NCBI GenBank assembly: GCA_035575515.1
Contig: DATLXU010000091.1
Location: 1,638-65,637 of the forward strand
DNA: 64,000 nucleotides
Direction of reading: 5' to 3'
Source of the DNA: Blastocatellia bacterium
GTDB lineage: Bacteria; Acidobacteriota; Blastocatellia; UBA7656
Shown here: positions 47,627-56,755 of the stretch, piece after piece
Position numbering within the stretch: position 1 is the first letter of the stretch
Layout: each line of letters opens with the position of its first letter
Position numbers and translations under genes: made by a program
The notes under the pieces: generated by a model
Told to the model about the DNA's origin: nothing
Seen by the model: the letters and a program-made list of their open reading frames with translations, nothing else
Databases searched by the model: none

Positions 47627-47875
47627 AAATTTTCCTCCTTAATCAATCGGTCAATTAGCCAGCGCGTGATTGTAGAGCAATGCTGATGCCAGCGAGCCTT
47701 TGGTTGTTTTTACTCAAGCCGCGCGCGCTCGCCTTATGCCTGCGCTGGCGGTAGCGCGTTGACTCCATTCGACTTTTTCAAACGCGCTCCGCTAAACAAA
47801 AAAGACGCGCTTTCGACACAATCGAACACACGTCTTTTTTTGGTACAAGCAGCCTTCGCGTGATGTATTGAATTA

Positions 47876-47974
47876 GTAGGCGGTAGGCAGTTAGTCCTCG
47901 ATAGCTGAAACAAATCGGTAATCGTCAATAGATCATCGCTCACAACTTGACTGCCTACTGCCTACTGCCTACTG
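47876..47974. repeat. Inverted GTAGGCA heptamer tracts
   Basis: GTAGGCGGTAGGCAGT (47876-47891) faces ACTGCCTACTGCCTACTGCCTACTG (47950-47974, three tandem units). The right arm overlaps the stop of the 47969 gene. Confidence 0.7.
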
Positions 47975-48916
47975 TTTTTGCGGGAGTGATGTAAGTTCGG
48001 CGATTCGATTCTTGACGGCTTCGGTGAGCATTTGAATCTCTTCCTGACTGTAGTTGGCCGCGCGGAATGCGTCGCTGATTTGCCGGTCGCTCAGCTTTGA
48101 CAGCCAGTTGCCTATCCATCGAGCTTGCTCGACCGTGATGTCTTTGAACAACTCTGTGCGCTTGCCGCTGTAACGAAACTCGACCGTGTTGTTCTTGACG
48201 CCAGTGATGAATTTGGCTTTGACAAAATCTTCAGGCTTGTTGCGGCTGCGCGAAAAGACGCCGCCCGTCTTTCCGAGCGTGCCGCCAAGGTCGCTGATGA
48301 TATAGCGCAATTCATGCTCGCCCGTCTGCTCATTCTTCACTCGCAGAATCTTGTTGTTGTCGTCTTTGATGTCCCAGTTTTCGAGCAGCACCATCATCAC
48401 CTTCAAGCCCTGAAACTCATTCGTGCCGATGAACGGGTTGCTGTCCCATTTCCAAATGCCGAGCCGCTTGACATGCTCAGGTCGCGCTTCAAACTTGACG
48501 TTCTCGAAATCGCCCTTGCCTTCGATGTGAGCTTTCGGAACAAGGTAGCAAATCTCTGTGAAATATCCTACTGCCCAAAGCAATCGCGTCGCGGCAGTTT
48601 CGGATTGAGATTCCTTGCCGAGCTTTGCGACCCACTCGTGGCCCGCGCCGTCGCGCACGCGGTATTTTTTAGAATACCCTCCGGTCTCTTCCTCAATAAA
48701 AGTAACCTTGCTCAAATCGGGTTTCATCGCTTCGCCGCCTGAGCCTAAGAACAGATCGCGCGAGGCGATGTCGGTCGGCTCCTGCCAGAGTATCGGCGTG
48801 CCTTCAGTCTTCGATTTCTTCTCTTTTGAGTTCTTATGCTGCGCGTAGGAAGAAAAGGCAAGCAAGGCGACGACTGCGAGGCAGAGCAGTTTTCTGAATC
48901 TCTCTTGTAAGAACAT
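47969..48916 (-). CDS. Secreted protein-kinase-like fold protein (paralog B)
   Basis: Signal peptide ..AFSSYAQ. EWVAKLG (VAxK), SETAATRLLWAVGY, LLENWDIKDDN (DxKxxN) and ISDLGGTLG (DLG). Collinear with paralog A. Confidence 0.6.
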   Translation of the reverse strand: MFLQERFRKLLCLAVVALLAFSSYAQHKNSKEKKSKTEGTPILWQEPTDIASRDLFLGSGGEAMKPDLSKVTFIEEETGGYSKKYRVRDGAGHEWVAKLGKESQSETAATRLLWAVGYFTEICYLVPKAHIEGKGDFENVKFEARPEHVKRLGIWKWDSNPFIGTNEFQGLKVMMVLLENWDIKDDNNKILRVKNEQTGEHELRYIISDLGGTLGKTGGVFSRSRNKPEDFVKAKFITGVKNNTVEFRYSGKRTELFKDITVEQARWIGNWLSKLSDRQISDAFRAANYSQEEIQMLTEAVKNRIAELTSLPQKQ

Positions 48917-49004
48917 GGCTCATCCTCTTTTAACTAAATTAGATCAGGCGCGCGTCGGTGAATGCTCTAAAAGCGCGCCTGACGTTTTGGCGCCCAGCGG
49001 TGGC

Positions 49005-49148
49005 TCAGAGTAGCACCACAAGAATCAATATCAGCAAAATCAGCCCGATCAGTCCGCTAGGATAATAACCCCATCCTCGGCTGTAAGGCCATGCGGGAAT
49101 CGCGCCTAAAAACATGAGCACAAGCAAGATTATCAGGATCGTCAACAT
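49005..49148 (-). CDS. DUF3309-like small membrane protein (47 aa)
   Basis: Hand translation gives MLTILIILLVLMFLGAIPAWPYSRGWGYYPSGLIGLILLILILVVLL, preceded by AGGAGGGAAGCGAT. It is below the ORF-track size cut-off. Confidence 0.65.
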   Translation of the reverse strand: MLTILIILLVLMFLGAIPAWPYSRGWGYYPSGLIGLILLILILVVLL

Positions 49149-49424
49149 ATCGCTTCCCTCCTAGATTGCTCTCGTCCAGCAATGAGTTCGCCAATACTAA
49201 TTCGGCAAACGCTATGCCAGCTTGAGCAGCGACGCGATGTTTGATGACGATACGCTTCGGATCCTTGCTCGTACAAAAGTTAAATCAGCGCGGCAAAAGA
49301 AAAACGGTCGGTTTTGAGCGAAACGGGTGAGTAATCCTAATCAAACAATACAGCCCTGCGATTGTACGAGTGCGCGCCATTGACTCGATTCAAAACTATC
49401 GAGGGCGCTCGCTGACGTATAGTT

Positions 49425-50789
49425 CTACTTCACCAGATGATATTCAGTCTGCCGCTTGAGCACCCACGAGATGTGGCCCGCGTCATCAATCGCTGCGTCT
49501 TCTTCCTGACCGACCCAGAGTTCCTTGCCGCCCCATTCCGGTATTGGCGTTGTCGCCTGAAGTTCAATCGAAAACCATGTGCCCGGAAGTATCAACACGT
49601 CGCCGCGACCGGGCACGCCCTGCTGGCGATCCCACAGACCAATTAATGGGCCTGCGCCGTGACCGTGATCGCCTATCGGGTGAGTATAGATTGATCCATT
49701 AATCTTTTCTGCTTTCATCTGAGCGAGCGCATCGGCGAGGACTTCGTTGCCGCTGCGGCCCGGTTGCATTCGCTCCATTAAAATATCCTGAAGCCGGTTG
49801 GCGTTCTTGAGCGCCTGCTTGATTCCTGCGGGAACGTCGCGCTCGCCTTCGCGCAGCACGTAGCCCATGTGCTGAGTGTCTGTGTTCAACCGCATCGCCG
49901 TTATGCCGAAATCAACGTGAAGCACATCGCCGCGCTCGATTATGACGGGCGCATCTTCGGCCAAAAGGTTCACGCCCGACTTGCCCGGCTTTTGAACTCG
50001 CACTGAAGGCTGAAACCAGGTGCCAAGTCCAAGATTATTCACCTGTTGACGAAGCCACCAGACAACATCCTGATCAGTGGTCTTGCCGGGCGTGATGACT
50101 TCATTTGAAAACGCGCGGCTGATGAGCGAGTGAACCGTCTCCATAATCTGGCGATAGATGGAAAGCTGTTCGGGCAATCTCAACTCAATGTATTCGAGCG
50201 CGAGGTTTTCAGCGCGCACGATTCGCTTCAAGTATTCAGGGCCGAGTGTTGATTCGAGCTTTTCGCGCTCGCCTGATGAAAGCCCATCAGCGAATGCGTG
50301 CGTGTGCGAGACGTTAATCGCTATGGTCGCGGGCTTGCGCTCTTCGATTAATCTCCGAAGCAACAGCCACTGGCCTTCGCCGTAAATCTCGCGGCCTTCG
50401 GCTTCCGGGTCGCGATATACGGTGTAGAGTCCTCCGTTCGAGCCTCCGCCTAAAGCCAATCGCTCAACGCCGCGCTCTTCGCCGCGATCAAAGAAGACGT
50501 AGATGGTCCGACGTCGCGCGGCGAAAACAGTTGGCGAGACGAGCGAAAAGAAGACGGGGTCTTCGTTGTACTCGCGGCAGATCACAAGCCACATCTGAAC
50601 GCCGTGCTTGCGCATCAGTTTTGGAAGCACTCGTTCAAGCCTCAGCTTCAGCCATTGCTGCTGGATTTCGGCCTGCTCGCGCAGCGGCGGCAGCGGTCGC
50701 GGCGTTTGCGCGAAGGCTGAAGCTGAAATTATGAGGGTCGCGCACAGTGCAAGCGCCGCCGCATGGCGCAGGCAAGAAATGATTCTCAT
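49425..50789 (-). CDS. Secreted M24-family (Xaa-Pro/creatinase-type) metallopeptidase
   Basis: A signal peptide and pita-bread metal-ligand pattern (VLHVDFGITAMRLNTD, THPIGDHGHG, FSIEL). Confidence 0.7.
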   Translation of the reverse strand: MRIISCLRHAAALALCATLIISASAFAQTPRPLPPLREQAEIQQQWLKLRLERVLPKLMRKHGVQMWLVICREYNEDPVFFSLVSPTVFAARRRTIYVFFDRGEERGVERLALGGGSNGGLYTVYRDPEAEGREIYGEGQWLLLRRLIEERKPATIAINVSHTHAFADGLSSGEREKLESTLGPEYLKRIVRAENLALEYIELRLPEQLSIYRQIMETVHSLISRAFSNEVITPGKTTDQDVVWWLRQQVNNLGLGTWFQPSVRVQKPGKSGVNLLAEDAPVIIERGDVLHVDFGITAMRLNTDTQHMGYVLREGERDVPAGIKQALKNANRLQDILMERMQPGRSGNEVLADALAQMKAEKINGSIYTHPIGDHGHGAGPLIGLWDRQQGVPGRGDVLILPGTWFSIELQATTPIPEWGGKELWVGQEEDAAIDDAGHISWVLKRQTEYHLVK

Positions 50790-50914
50790 TATTTAAGCCT
50801 CCGGTTGAGTGTGTCGCGCGTAGTAACAAAAGAACGCGATTAGTTTGCCGCTTGACAGCCTCGACTTCAAGCCATAACTTCGCATCTGACTGAATCGAAA
50901 TCTCTGGAGGTGTG

Positions 50915-52039
50915 ATGATGCACTACCGAGCTTTGCGCCTTGCTTCATTGATTGTAATTCTAATTTTGATTTCGGCTGCGCAAGCGCAACAACCGACGGG
51001 ACTGCCTGCCGACAAGCGGGAAAAGATAGAGAAAGCCATCACGGCTGAGATGTCGCGGCAGAACATTCCCGGCCTGTCGGTCGCCGTAGTCGTTGACCAC
51101 AAGCTCGTTTGGTCGAACGGCTACGGCCTGGCTGACCTTGAGAATTTCATTCCGGCAAAAGCCACAACTGCTTACCGGCTCGGTTCAATATCAAAACCGA
51201 TAACGGCAGCCGCAGTCATGCAGCTTGTCGAGCGGGGCAAGATTGATCTCGACGCGCCGATTCAAAGATACTGTCCCGCATTTCCTGAAAAGCAATGGCC
51301 TGTCACGGCCCGGCAACTGCTTGGACACACGAGCGGGGTTCGCCACTACAAAGATGAAACCGAGTTCGCCAGCACACGCCATTACGCAAGCATAGTTGAA
51401 GGATTGGAGATGTTCAAAAACGATCCGCTGCTATTCGAGCCGGGCACGAAGTACAGCTACACAACTCATGGCTATTCGATTCTTGGCTGCGCCGTCGAAG
51501 GCGCTTCGGGCATGAAGTTTGACGAGTATGTGCGCGAGAATGTTTTCAAGCCCGCACGGATGGATCGCATCCGAGTGGATAACGTCTTCGACATCATCCC
51601 GAATCGCGCCCAGGGTTATCAAAAAGCTCAGAGCGGAGAGCTTAGAAACTCAGGGCTTGCCGATACAAGCTACAAGATTCCGGGCGGCGGATTCATCTCA
51701 ACGGTCGAAGACCTTGCGAAGTTTGCAATCGCAATGCAGACCGGCGCGCTTGTCAAGAAAGACACGCTCGATAAGATGTGGACCAGTCAAACTCTGAAAG
51801 ACGGCAAGCCGACTTCGTATGGATTGGGATGGGGCATCACGAACCGGAACGGCCTGAAGGAAGTGTCGCACGGCGGCGCACAGCAGCGCGTCAGCACGCA
51901 GCTTTATATGATTCCCGAAAAGGGACTGGCCGTTGTGTTGATGACGAACCTAGAAGGGATTGGCGGCGCGCTGAATAATCTCTCAAGACAGATCGCCGAC
52001 ATTCTTCTCCAAGTGGACACATCTCCGGCAAAGAATTAG
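50915..52039 (+). CDS. Secreted serine hydrolase (class C beta-lactamase / PBP-like family)
   Basis: A signal peptide. SxxK motif GSISKPITAAAVMQLV, YSYTTHGY, and C-terminal HGGAQ. Confidence 0.85.
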   Translation: MMHYRALRLASLIVILILISAAQAQQPTGLPADKREKIEKAITAEMSRQNIPGLSVAVVVDHKLVWSNGYGLADLENFIPAKATTAYRLGSISKPITAAAVMQLVERGKIDLDAPIQRYCPAFPEKQWPVTARQLLGHTSGVRHYKDETEFASTRHYASIVEGLEMFKNDPLLFEPGTKYSYTTHGYSILGCAVEGASGMKFDEYVRENVFKPARMDRIRVDNVFDIIPNRAQGYQKAQSGELRNSGLADTSYKIPGGGFISTVEDLAKFAIAMQTGALVKKDTLDKMWTSQTLKDGKPTSYGLGWGITNRNGLKEVSHGGAQQRVSTQLYMIPEKGLAVVLMTNLEGIGGALNNLSRQIADILLQVDTSPAKN

Positions 52040-52084
52040 TCAATGCAAAGAGACAGAAAAGCCGTGGGATCACGTTTAATCGGT

Positions 52085-52116
52085 TGTAGGGGCGACCCTC
52101 TGTGGTCGCCCCTACA
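52085..52116. terminator. GTAGGGGCGACC hairpin between convergent genes
   Basis: TGTAGGGGCGACC (52085-52097), a 6-nt loop, GGTCGCCCCTACA (52104-52116). The arm sequence matches the outer arms of element 11964-12063. Confidence 0.7.
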
Positions 52117-52133
52117 AGAGGCCAGGACTTATT

Positions 52134-54305
52134 CTAATTGCCTCGCGCCTGGTTCGCCGCCGCCACGTTCATGTTCAAAGCGCGAACGAGGAACGCCCAG
52201 CGGTCGGCAATCTCTTCGATCTGCTTCGACGTAGGCTTGCCCGCGCCGTGACCGGCTTTCGTCTCGATGCGAATCAAGACGGGCGCATCGCCCGCCTGAA
52301 CTTCTTGCAGTCGAGCCGCGAACTTGAAGCTGTGACCGGGCACCACGCGATCATCGTGATCCGCCGTCGTCACAAGCGTCGGCGGGTACTTCACGCCCGG
52401 CTTCAGATTGTGATAAGGCGAATACTTGTAGAGCGCCTTGAACTCTTCCGCGTTGTCCGACGAGCCGTAATCCGAGACCCACGCCCAGCCGATTGTGAAT
52501 TTGTGAAAGCGCAGCATGTCCATCACGCCCACAGCCGGGAGCGCCGCGCCGAACAACTCAGGCCGCTGAGTCATCGCCGCACCGACGAGCAAGCCGCCAT
52601 TCGAGCCGCCGTGAATAGCAAGCTTCGCGCTCGACGTGTACTTGTTGGCGATCAGCCATTCGGCTGCGGCTATGAAGTCGTCAAAGACATTTTGCTTTTG
52701 CAGCTTCGTGCCTGCCTTGTGCCACTCTTCGCCGTACTCGCTGCCGCCGCGAAGATTAGCAACGGCATAAACGCCTCCCATCTCCATCCACACGAGGTTG
52801 CCGACGGAAAAGCCCGGCGTCTGCGGAATGTTGAATCCGCCATAGCCGTAAAGCAGCGTCGGGTTGTTGCCGTCGAGCTTCAGCCCCTTCTTGTGCGTGA
52901 TGAACATCGGGACGCGCGTGCCGTCTTTGCTCGTGTAGAAGACCTGCTTCGTCTCGTAATCAGCCGGATTGAAATCAACCTTCGGCTGGCGAAAGACCTC
53001 GCTTTTGCCAGTCACCATGTCCAGACGATAGATGGTTGCAGGCGTTGTGTAGCTCGTAAACGAATAAAACGTTTCGCGGTCTTTGCGCTTGCCGCCAAAG
53101 CCGCTTGCGCTGCCGATGCCGGGAAGCTCGATTTCGCGCACAAGCTTTCCGTTCAAATCGAAGACCTTCACCTGCGTGTGCGCATCTTTGAGGTAAGAAG
53201 CAATGAACTTATCGTTAATGACGCCCACATTGCCGAGCGTCTCTTTCGCTTCGGGGATAATAACTTTCCAGTTCGCGCGCTCAGGCTTGCGCGCGTCAAT
53301 CGCAACGAGTTTGCCGCGCGGCGCGTCGAGGTTCGTGCGCACCCAGAAGACGGGTCCGTCGTTATCAATCACATCGTAATTAGCGTCGTTCGTGTCAAGG
53401 AGCTTTACGACCTGCGCGTCTTTCGCCGTCAGGTCTTTGTAGTAGACACGGTTCTTGTCGCTGCTGCCCGCCGAGATGTTTATGATGAGGTAATGCCCGT
53501 CGTCAGTTACGCCGCCATTGATGAGCCACTCTTTATGCTGAGGGTCGTCGTAGATCAGAACGTCTTCCGACTGCGGCGTGCCGAGTTTGTGATAGTAGAG
53601 CTTCTGGAAATAATTCGTCCCGACCATCTTGGTCGTCTCTTTCGGCTCGTCGTAGCGGCTGTAGAAAAATCCTTTGCCATCGCTTGTCCACGACGCGCGG
53701 GAAAACTTCACCCATTTAATCACATCGGGCAAGTCTTTGCCCGTCTCGACATCGCGAACGTGCCACTCCTGCCAGTCAGAACCCGACGCGGCGAGTCCAT
53801 AAGCCATCAGCTTTCCGTCATCAGTGAAAGATGTGCCGCTGAGCGCGACGGTTCCGTCCGACGAGAGCGTGTTCGGATCAATCAGCACTTTGCCTTCTGC
53901 GGCAAGCGAGTCGGTCCAGTACAGCACGCTTTGATTCTGCAACCCGTTGTTCTTTGAATAGAAGTAACGGCTGCCCCGCTTGAACGGCGTGCTGTAGCGC
54001 TCGAAGTTCCATAGCTTCGTGAGCCGCTGCCGTATCTGCTCGCGCGCGGGAATCTCGCTGAGGTAAGCGAAGGTCACTTTATTTTCGGCCTCGACCCACG
54101 CTTTGGTTTCGGGCGAGTCGACGTCTTCGAGCCAGCGATACGGGTCGGCCACCTTCGTGCCGTGATAATCGTCAACCACGTCAACCTTTTTCGCTTGAGG
54201 GTAAGCGAGCCGCTTTGAATCTTGCGCGACGGCGGGCGCGACTTGCATGAGCGTTATGCTCAACAGCGTCACCGCTGCTGCGATTGAACGGAGTTTGTTA
54301 AACAT
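52134..54305 (-). CDS. Prolyl oligopeptidase (S9A family), secreted
   Basis: A signal peptide. The N-terminal propeller begins DPYRWLED. The catalytic block is IHGGSNGGLLVGA, followed by ADHDDRVVP and AGHGAG. Confidence 0.9.
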   Translation of the reverse strand: MFNKLRSIAAAVTLLSITLMQVAPAVAQDSKRLAYPQAKKVDVVDDYHGTKVADPYRWLEDVDSPETKAWVEAENKVTFAYLSEIPAREQIRQRLTKLWNFERYSTPFKRGSRYFYSKNNGLQNQSVLYWTDSLAAEGKVLIDPNTLSSDGTVALSGTSFTDDGKLMAYGLAASGSDWQEWHVRDVETGKDLPDVIKWVKFSRASWTSDGKGFFYSRYDEPKETTKMVGTNYFQKLYYHKLGTPQSEDVLIYDDPQHKEWLINGGVTDDGHYLIINISAGSSDKNRVYYKDLTAKDAQVVKLLDTNDANYDVIDNDGPVFWVRTNLDAPRGKLVAIDARKPERANWKVIIPEAKETLGNVGVINDKFIASYLKDAHTQVKVFDLNGKLVREIELPGIGSASGFGGKRKDRETFYSFTSYTTPATIYRLDMVTGKSEVFRQPKVDFNPADYETKQVFYTSKDGTRVPMFITHKKGLKLDGNNPTLLYGYGGFNIPQTPGFSVGNLVWMEMGGVYAVANLRGGSEYGEEWHKAGTKLQKQNVFDDFIAAAEWLIANKYTSSAKLAIHGGSNGGLLVGAAMTQRPELFGAALPAVGVMDMLRFHKFTIGWAWVSDYGSSDNAEEFKALYKYSPYHNLKPGVKYPPTLVTTADHDDRVVPGHSFKFAARLQEVQAGDAPVLIRIETKAGHGAGKPTSKQIEEIADRWAFLVRALNMNVAAANQARGN

Positions 54306-54354
54306 AGTCGTGCTACTCTCCTGATGAATTTCTGAATTGATGTGAAGAAAGATT

Positions 54355-54405
54355 CAACACAGGGGCACGGAGATTATCTGTAAACGTCTCCATATCTCTG
54401 TGGTG
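54355..54405. repeat. REP-like element (CACAG..GGAGA family)
   Basis: CAACACAGGGGCACGGAGAT ... GTCTCCATATCTCTGTGGTG, just 3' of the M28 peptidase stop. Confidence 0.5.
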
Positions 54406-54416
54406 AACTATCCGCT

Positions 54417-56615
54417 CTACTTCCCTTCGAGCATGCGTGTCGCCGCGTCAATCTGCGAAGCAAGCGCGCTGATGGCCGCGCTCGCATTTCGCATCTGAGG
54501 CTCAACCTCGCTCCACTGTTTCTGCTCTATTGCTTCGCGCACGCCCGGTATCGTCTTCACGCCGTAGCCGGTGTAAAAACCGGGCGCGTAAATCTGATGC
54601 TTGAACCACGGCCTTCGCGGCAACCCTTCATCGCGCGTCAGCCGCCGCTCTGATTGATAGATCAACTGATTGAGCGCGGCCACTTGCTTCACGTTTTGAA
54701 AACCATTCGCGGAAGATTTCGCAAGCGCGTCTTCGTAACGTCGCGCGCTATCGGCGAGCGTGCGCGCGGCTGATTTCAATGGCGCGAAGTCAATCGGCTT
54801 TGCCGCGCCCGATTTGCCCGCTAGCTTTTCAATCTCGTCAATGTAGCGATTGATAGTCTCCGCAAGGTTCGTGAATTCAAACGGCAACACGTCGGCGTCG
54901 GCCAGTCTCATCAAGATTGTTCCGTTTACCTGAGCGAGCGCGCGGCCATGCTCGAACGTTCCATCTGAAAATCTAGTGTACCACGCGAACGAGTCGTAAA
55001 TCGAATGGTAAACGCCGCCGCCGCCTTCGCCTCCGAAGCCGGTATTGAGCGACGCGATGCCCAGATGCTGAATGAACGGCGTGTAATCGGAGCCTGAACC
55101 TAACGCGCCGATTCTCAGGTCTGCGCGCTCGTTTAACTCTTTCTTGTCCTCGTCCGTGCGCGCCTGCTTCACGCGCTGGTCTTTCCACGCCTGCCAGGCT
55201 GATTTGTTCGTCTTTGGCTGCTCGACGTCGCGCGCGACTTCGTTGATGAATCGCTCAAGCGAATGCGAGCCGCCCACACCTAAAACGCCTTTGCCAGTGC
55301 TGTCGGAGTTCAAATAGACGACAGCCTTCTTGCTCAGCTCATCGGCGTGAGTTTCGACCCATTCAGTCGAGCCGAGCAGCGCGGGTTCTTCGCCGTCCCA
55401 CGCGCAAAGAATAATGGTGCGCTTTGGTCGCCAGCCTGCTTTCAATAACTCACCGAGCGCGCGAGCCTCTTCCATAACCGTGACCATCCCGCTCACGGGG
55501 TCGCTCGCGCCGTTTACCCACGCGTCGTGATGATTACCGCTAATGACCCACTCGTCTGGATAGGCGCTGCCTTCGATCTTCGCGATGACGTCGTAGAGGG
55601 TCTTGATTGACCAGTCGAAAGAGAGTTTCAAATGCACGCGCGCCGGTCCCGCGCCGACGTGATAAGTGACGGGGAGCGCGCCTCGCCACGACTCGGGCGC
55701 GACAGGCCCTTTGAGAGCCTTCAACAGCGGCAGCGCATCTCCATAAGAGATCGGGAGCACAGGAATCTTCATTATGACTTCGGCCTCTTCGCGCGGGATT
55801 CGCTTCGCGCCTTTCGTCGCGCCTATGCCGGGCGTGAGCGGGTCGCCCGGATGAATTGGCATATCCATCACCGAGCCGCGCTGAACGCCCTGTTCGGGCC
55901 GGTACGCGCCTTCGGGATAAACGTCGCCCTGATAATAACCGTCATCTTTCGGGTCTGAGTAGATCAGGCATCCAATCGCGCCGTGCTCGTAAGCGACTTT
56001 GGGCTTGATGCCGCGCCAGCTCGCGCCGTAGCGGGCGATGACTATCTTGCCTTTAACATCAACGCCCATCTTCGCCAGTTCTTCGTAATCAGCAGGCACA
56101 CCGTAATTGACGTAAACGAGTTCGCCCGTCACGTCGCCGTCGGCTGAATAAGCGTTGTAAGTCGGAAGCTGATTTGCGTCGTCGGAATCAGGGTCTTCTT
56201 TTACGACAGGCTCTTTCAAAACGGCGCGATACTTCACAGGCTCTATCATCTCAAGCACGCGCTCACGCGGAGTCGGGAATAAAACGTCGAACTCTTCGAT
56301 ATGAGCGTCGAGTCCGAATGATTTGAATTTATCGCGGATGTATTCGGCGTTCTGCTTGTCGTAAGCGGAGCCGACGTGATGCGGCTCGGCTGACAGGTGC
56401 TTCATGTACTCGCGCAGAAGCTCAGGCTTAGGGACAGCGCGCATTCGCTCTTCCCAATCGTGTTGAGCTTTTGCGCTTGCTTGCGTGTAGCCGCGCATCG
56501 GGTGCGCGCCGTCTTTGCCGTTCGATTGGGCAAACGACACGGATGCGACTAGATTTATAACGACGATGAGACACAAAGATATTCTTGCAATCTTTTTAAT
56601 CATCCAGCGGTGCAT
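54417..56615 (-). CDS. M28-family metallopeptidase with PA and transferrin-receptor-like dimerisation domains (glutamate carboxypeptidase II / NAALADase-like)
   Basis: GNHHDAWVNGASDPVSG and CAWDGEEPALLGSTEW zinc-ligand blocks, with a C-terminal TFR-dimer-like region. The start is set at the ATG at 56615 (GGAGG 6 nt upstream); the ORF-track start at 56714 is unlikely. Confidence 0.85.
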   Translation of the reverse strand: MHRWMIKKIARISLCLIVVINLVASVSFAQSNGKDGAHPMRGYTQASAKAQHDWEERMRAVPKPELLREYMKHLSAEPHHVGSAYDKQNAEYIRDKFKSFGLDAHIEEFDVLFPTPRERVLEMIEPVKYRAVLKEPVVKEDPDSDDANQLPTYNAYSADGDVTGELVYVNYGVPADYEELAKMGVDVKGKIVIARYGASWRGIKPKVAYEHGAIGCLIYSDPKDDGYYQGDVYPEGAYRPEQGVQRGSVMDMPIHPGDPLTPGIGATKGAKRIPREEAEVIMKIPVLPISYGDALPLLKALKGPVAPESWRGALPVTYHVGAGPARVHLKLSFDWSIKTLYDVIAKIEGSAYPDEWVISGNHHDAWVNGASDPVSGMVTVMEEARALGELLKAGWRPKRTIILCAWDGEEPALLGSTEWVETHADELSKKAVVYLNSDSTGKGVLGVGGSHSLERFINEVARDVEQPKTNKSAWQAWKDQRVKQARTDEDKKELNERADLRIGALGSGSDYTPFIQHLGIASLNTGFGGEGGGGVYHSIYDSFAWYTRFSDGTFEHGRALAQVNGTILMRLADADVLPFEFTNLAETINRYIDEIEKLAGKSGAAKPIDFAPLKSAARTLADSARRYEDALAKSSANGFQNVKQVAALNQLIYQSERRLTRDEGLPRRPWFKHQIYAPGFYTGYGVKTIPGVREAIEQKQWSEVEPQMRNASAAISALASQIDAATRMLEGK

Positions 56616-56755
56616 AATCATCCTCCTGTAGGTTGGACGGAAAGTATATACACCGCGCGAAGGGTGGCGCAATCCGCGCAGGGCTTGACTCGCGGCGCGC
56701 TTTCCGATATTCAACTCGCCTGCGCTTCAAAAATCCAAATCGAAGGTGAACAGTT

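Noticed and set aside
47950-47974. Tandem short repeats (GTAGGCA x3 and other heptamer tracts), considered as a possible CRISPR or minisatellite array.
   Set aside because: The units are 7 nt with no spacers and at most 3-5 copies, arranged as inverted pairs. This is not CRISPR architecture.
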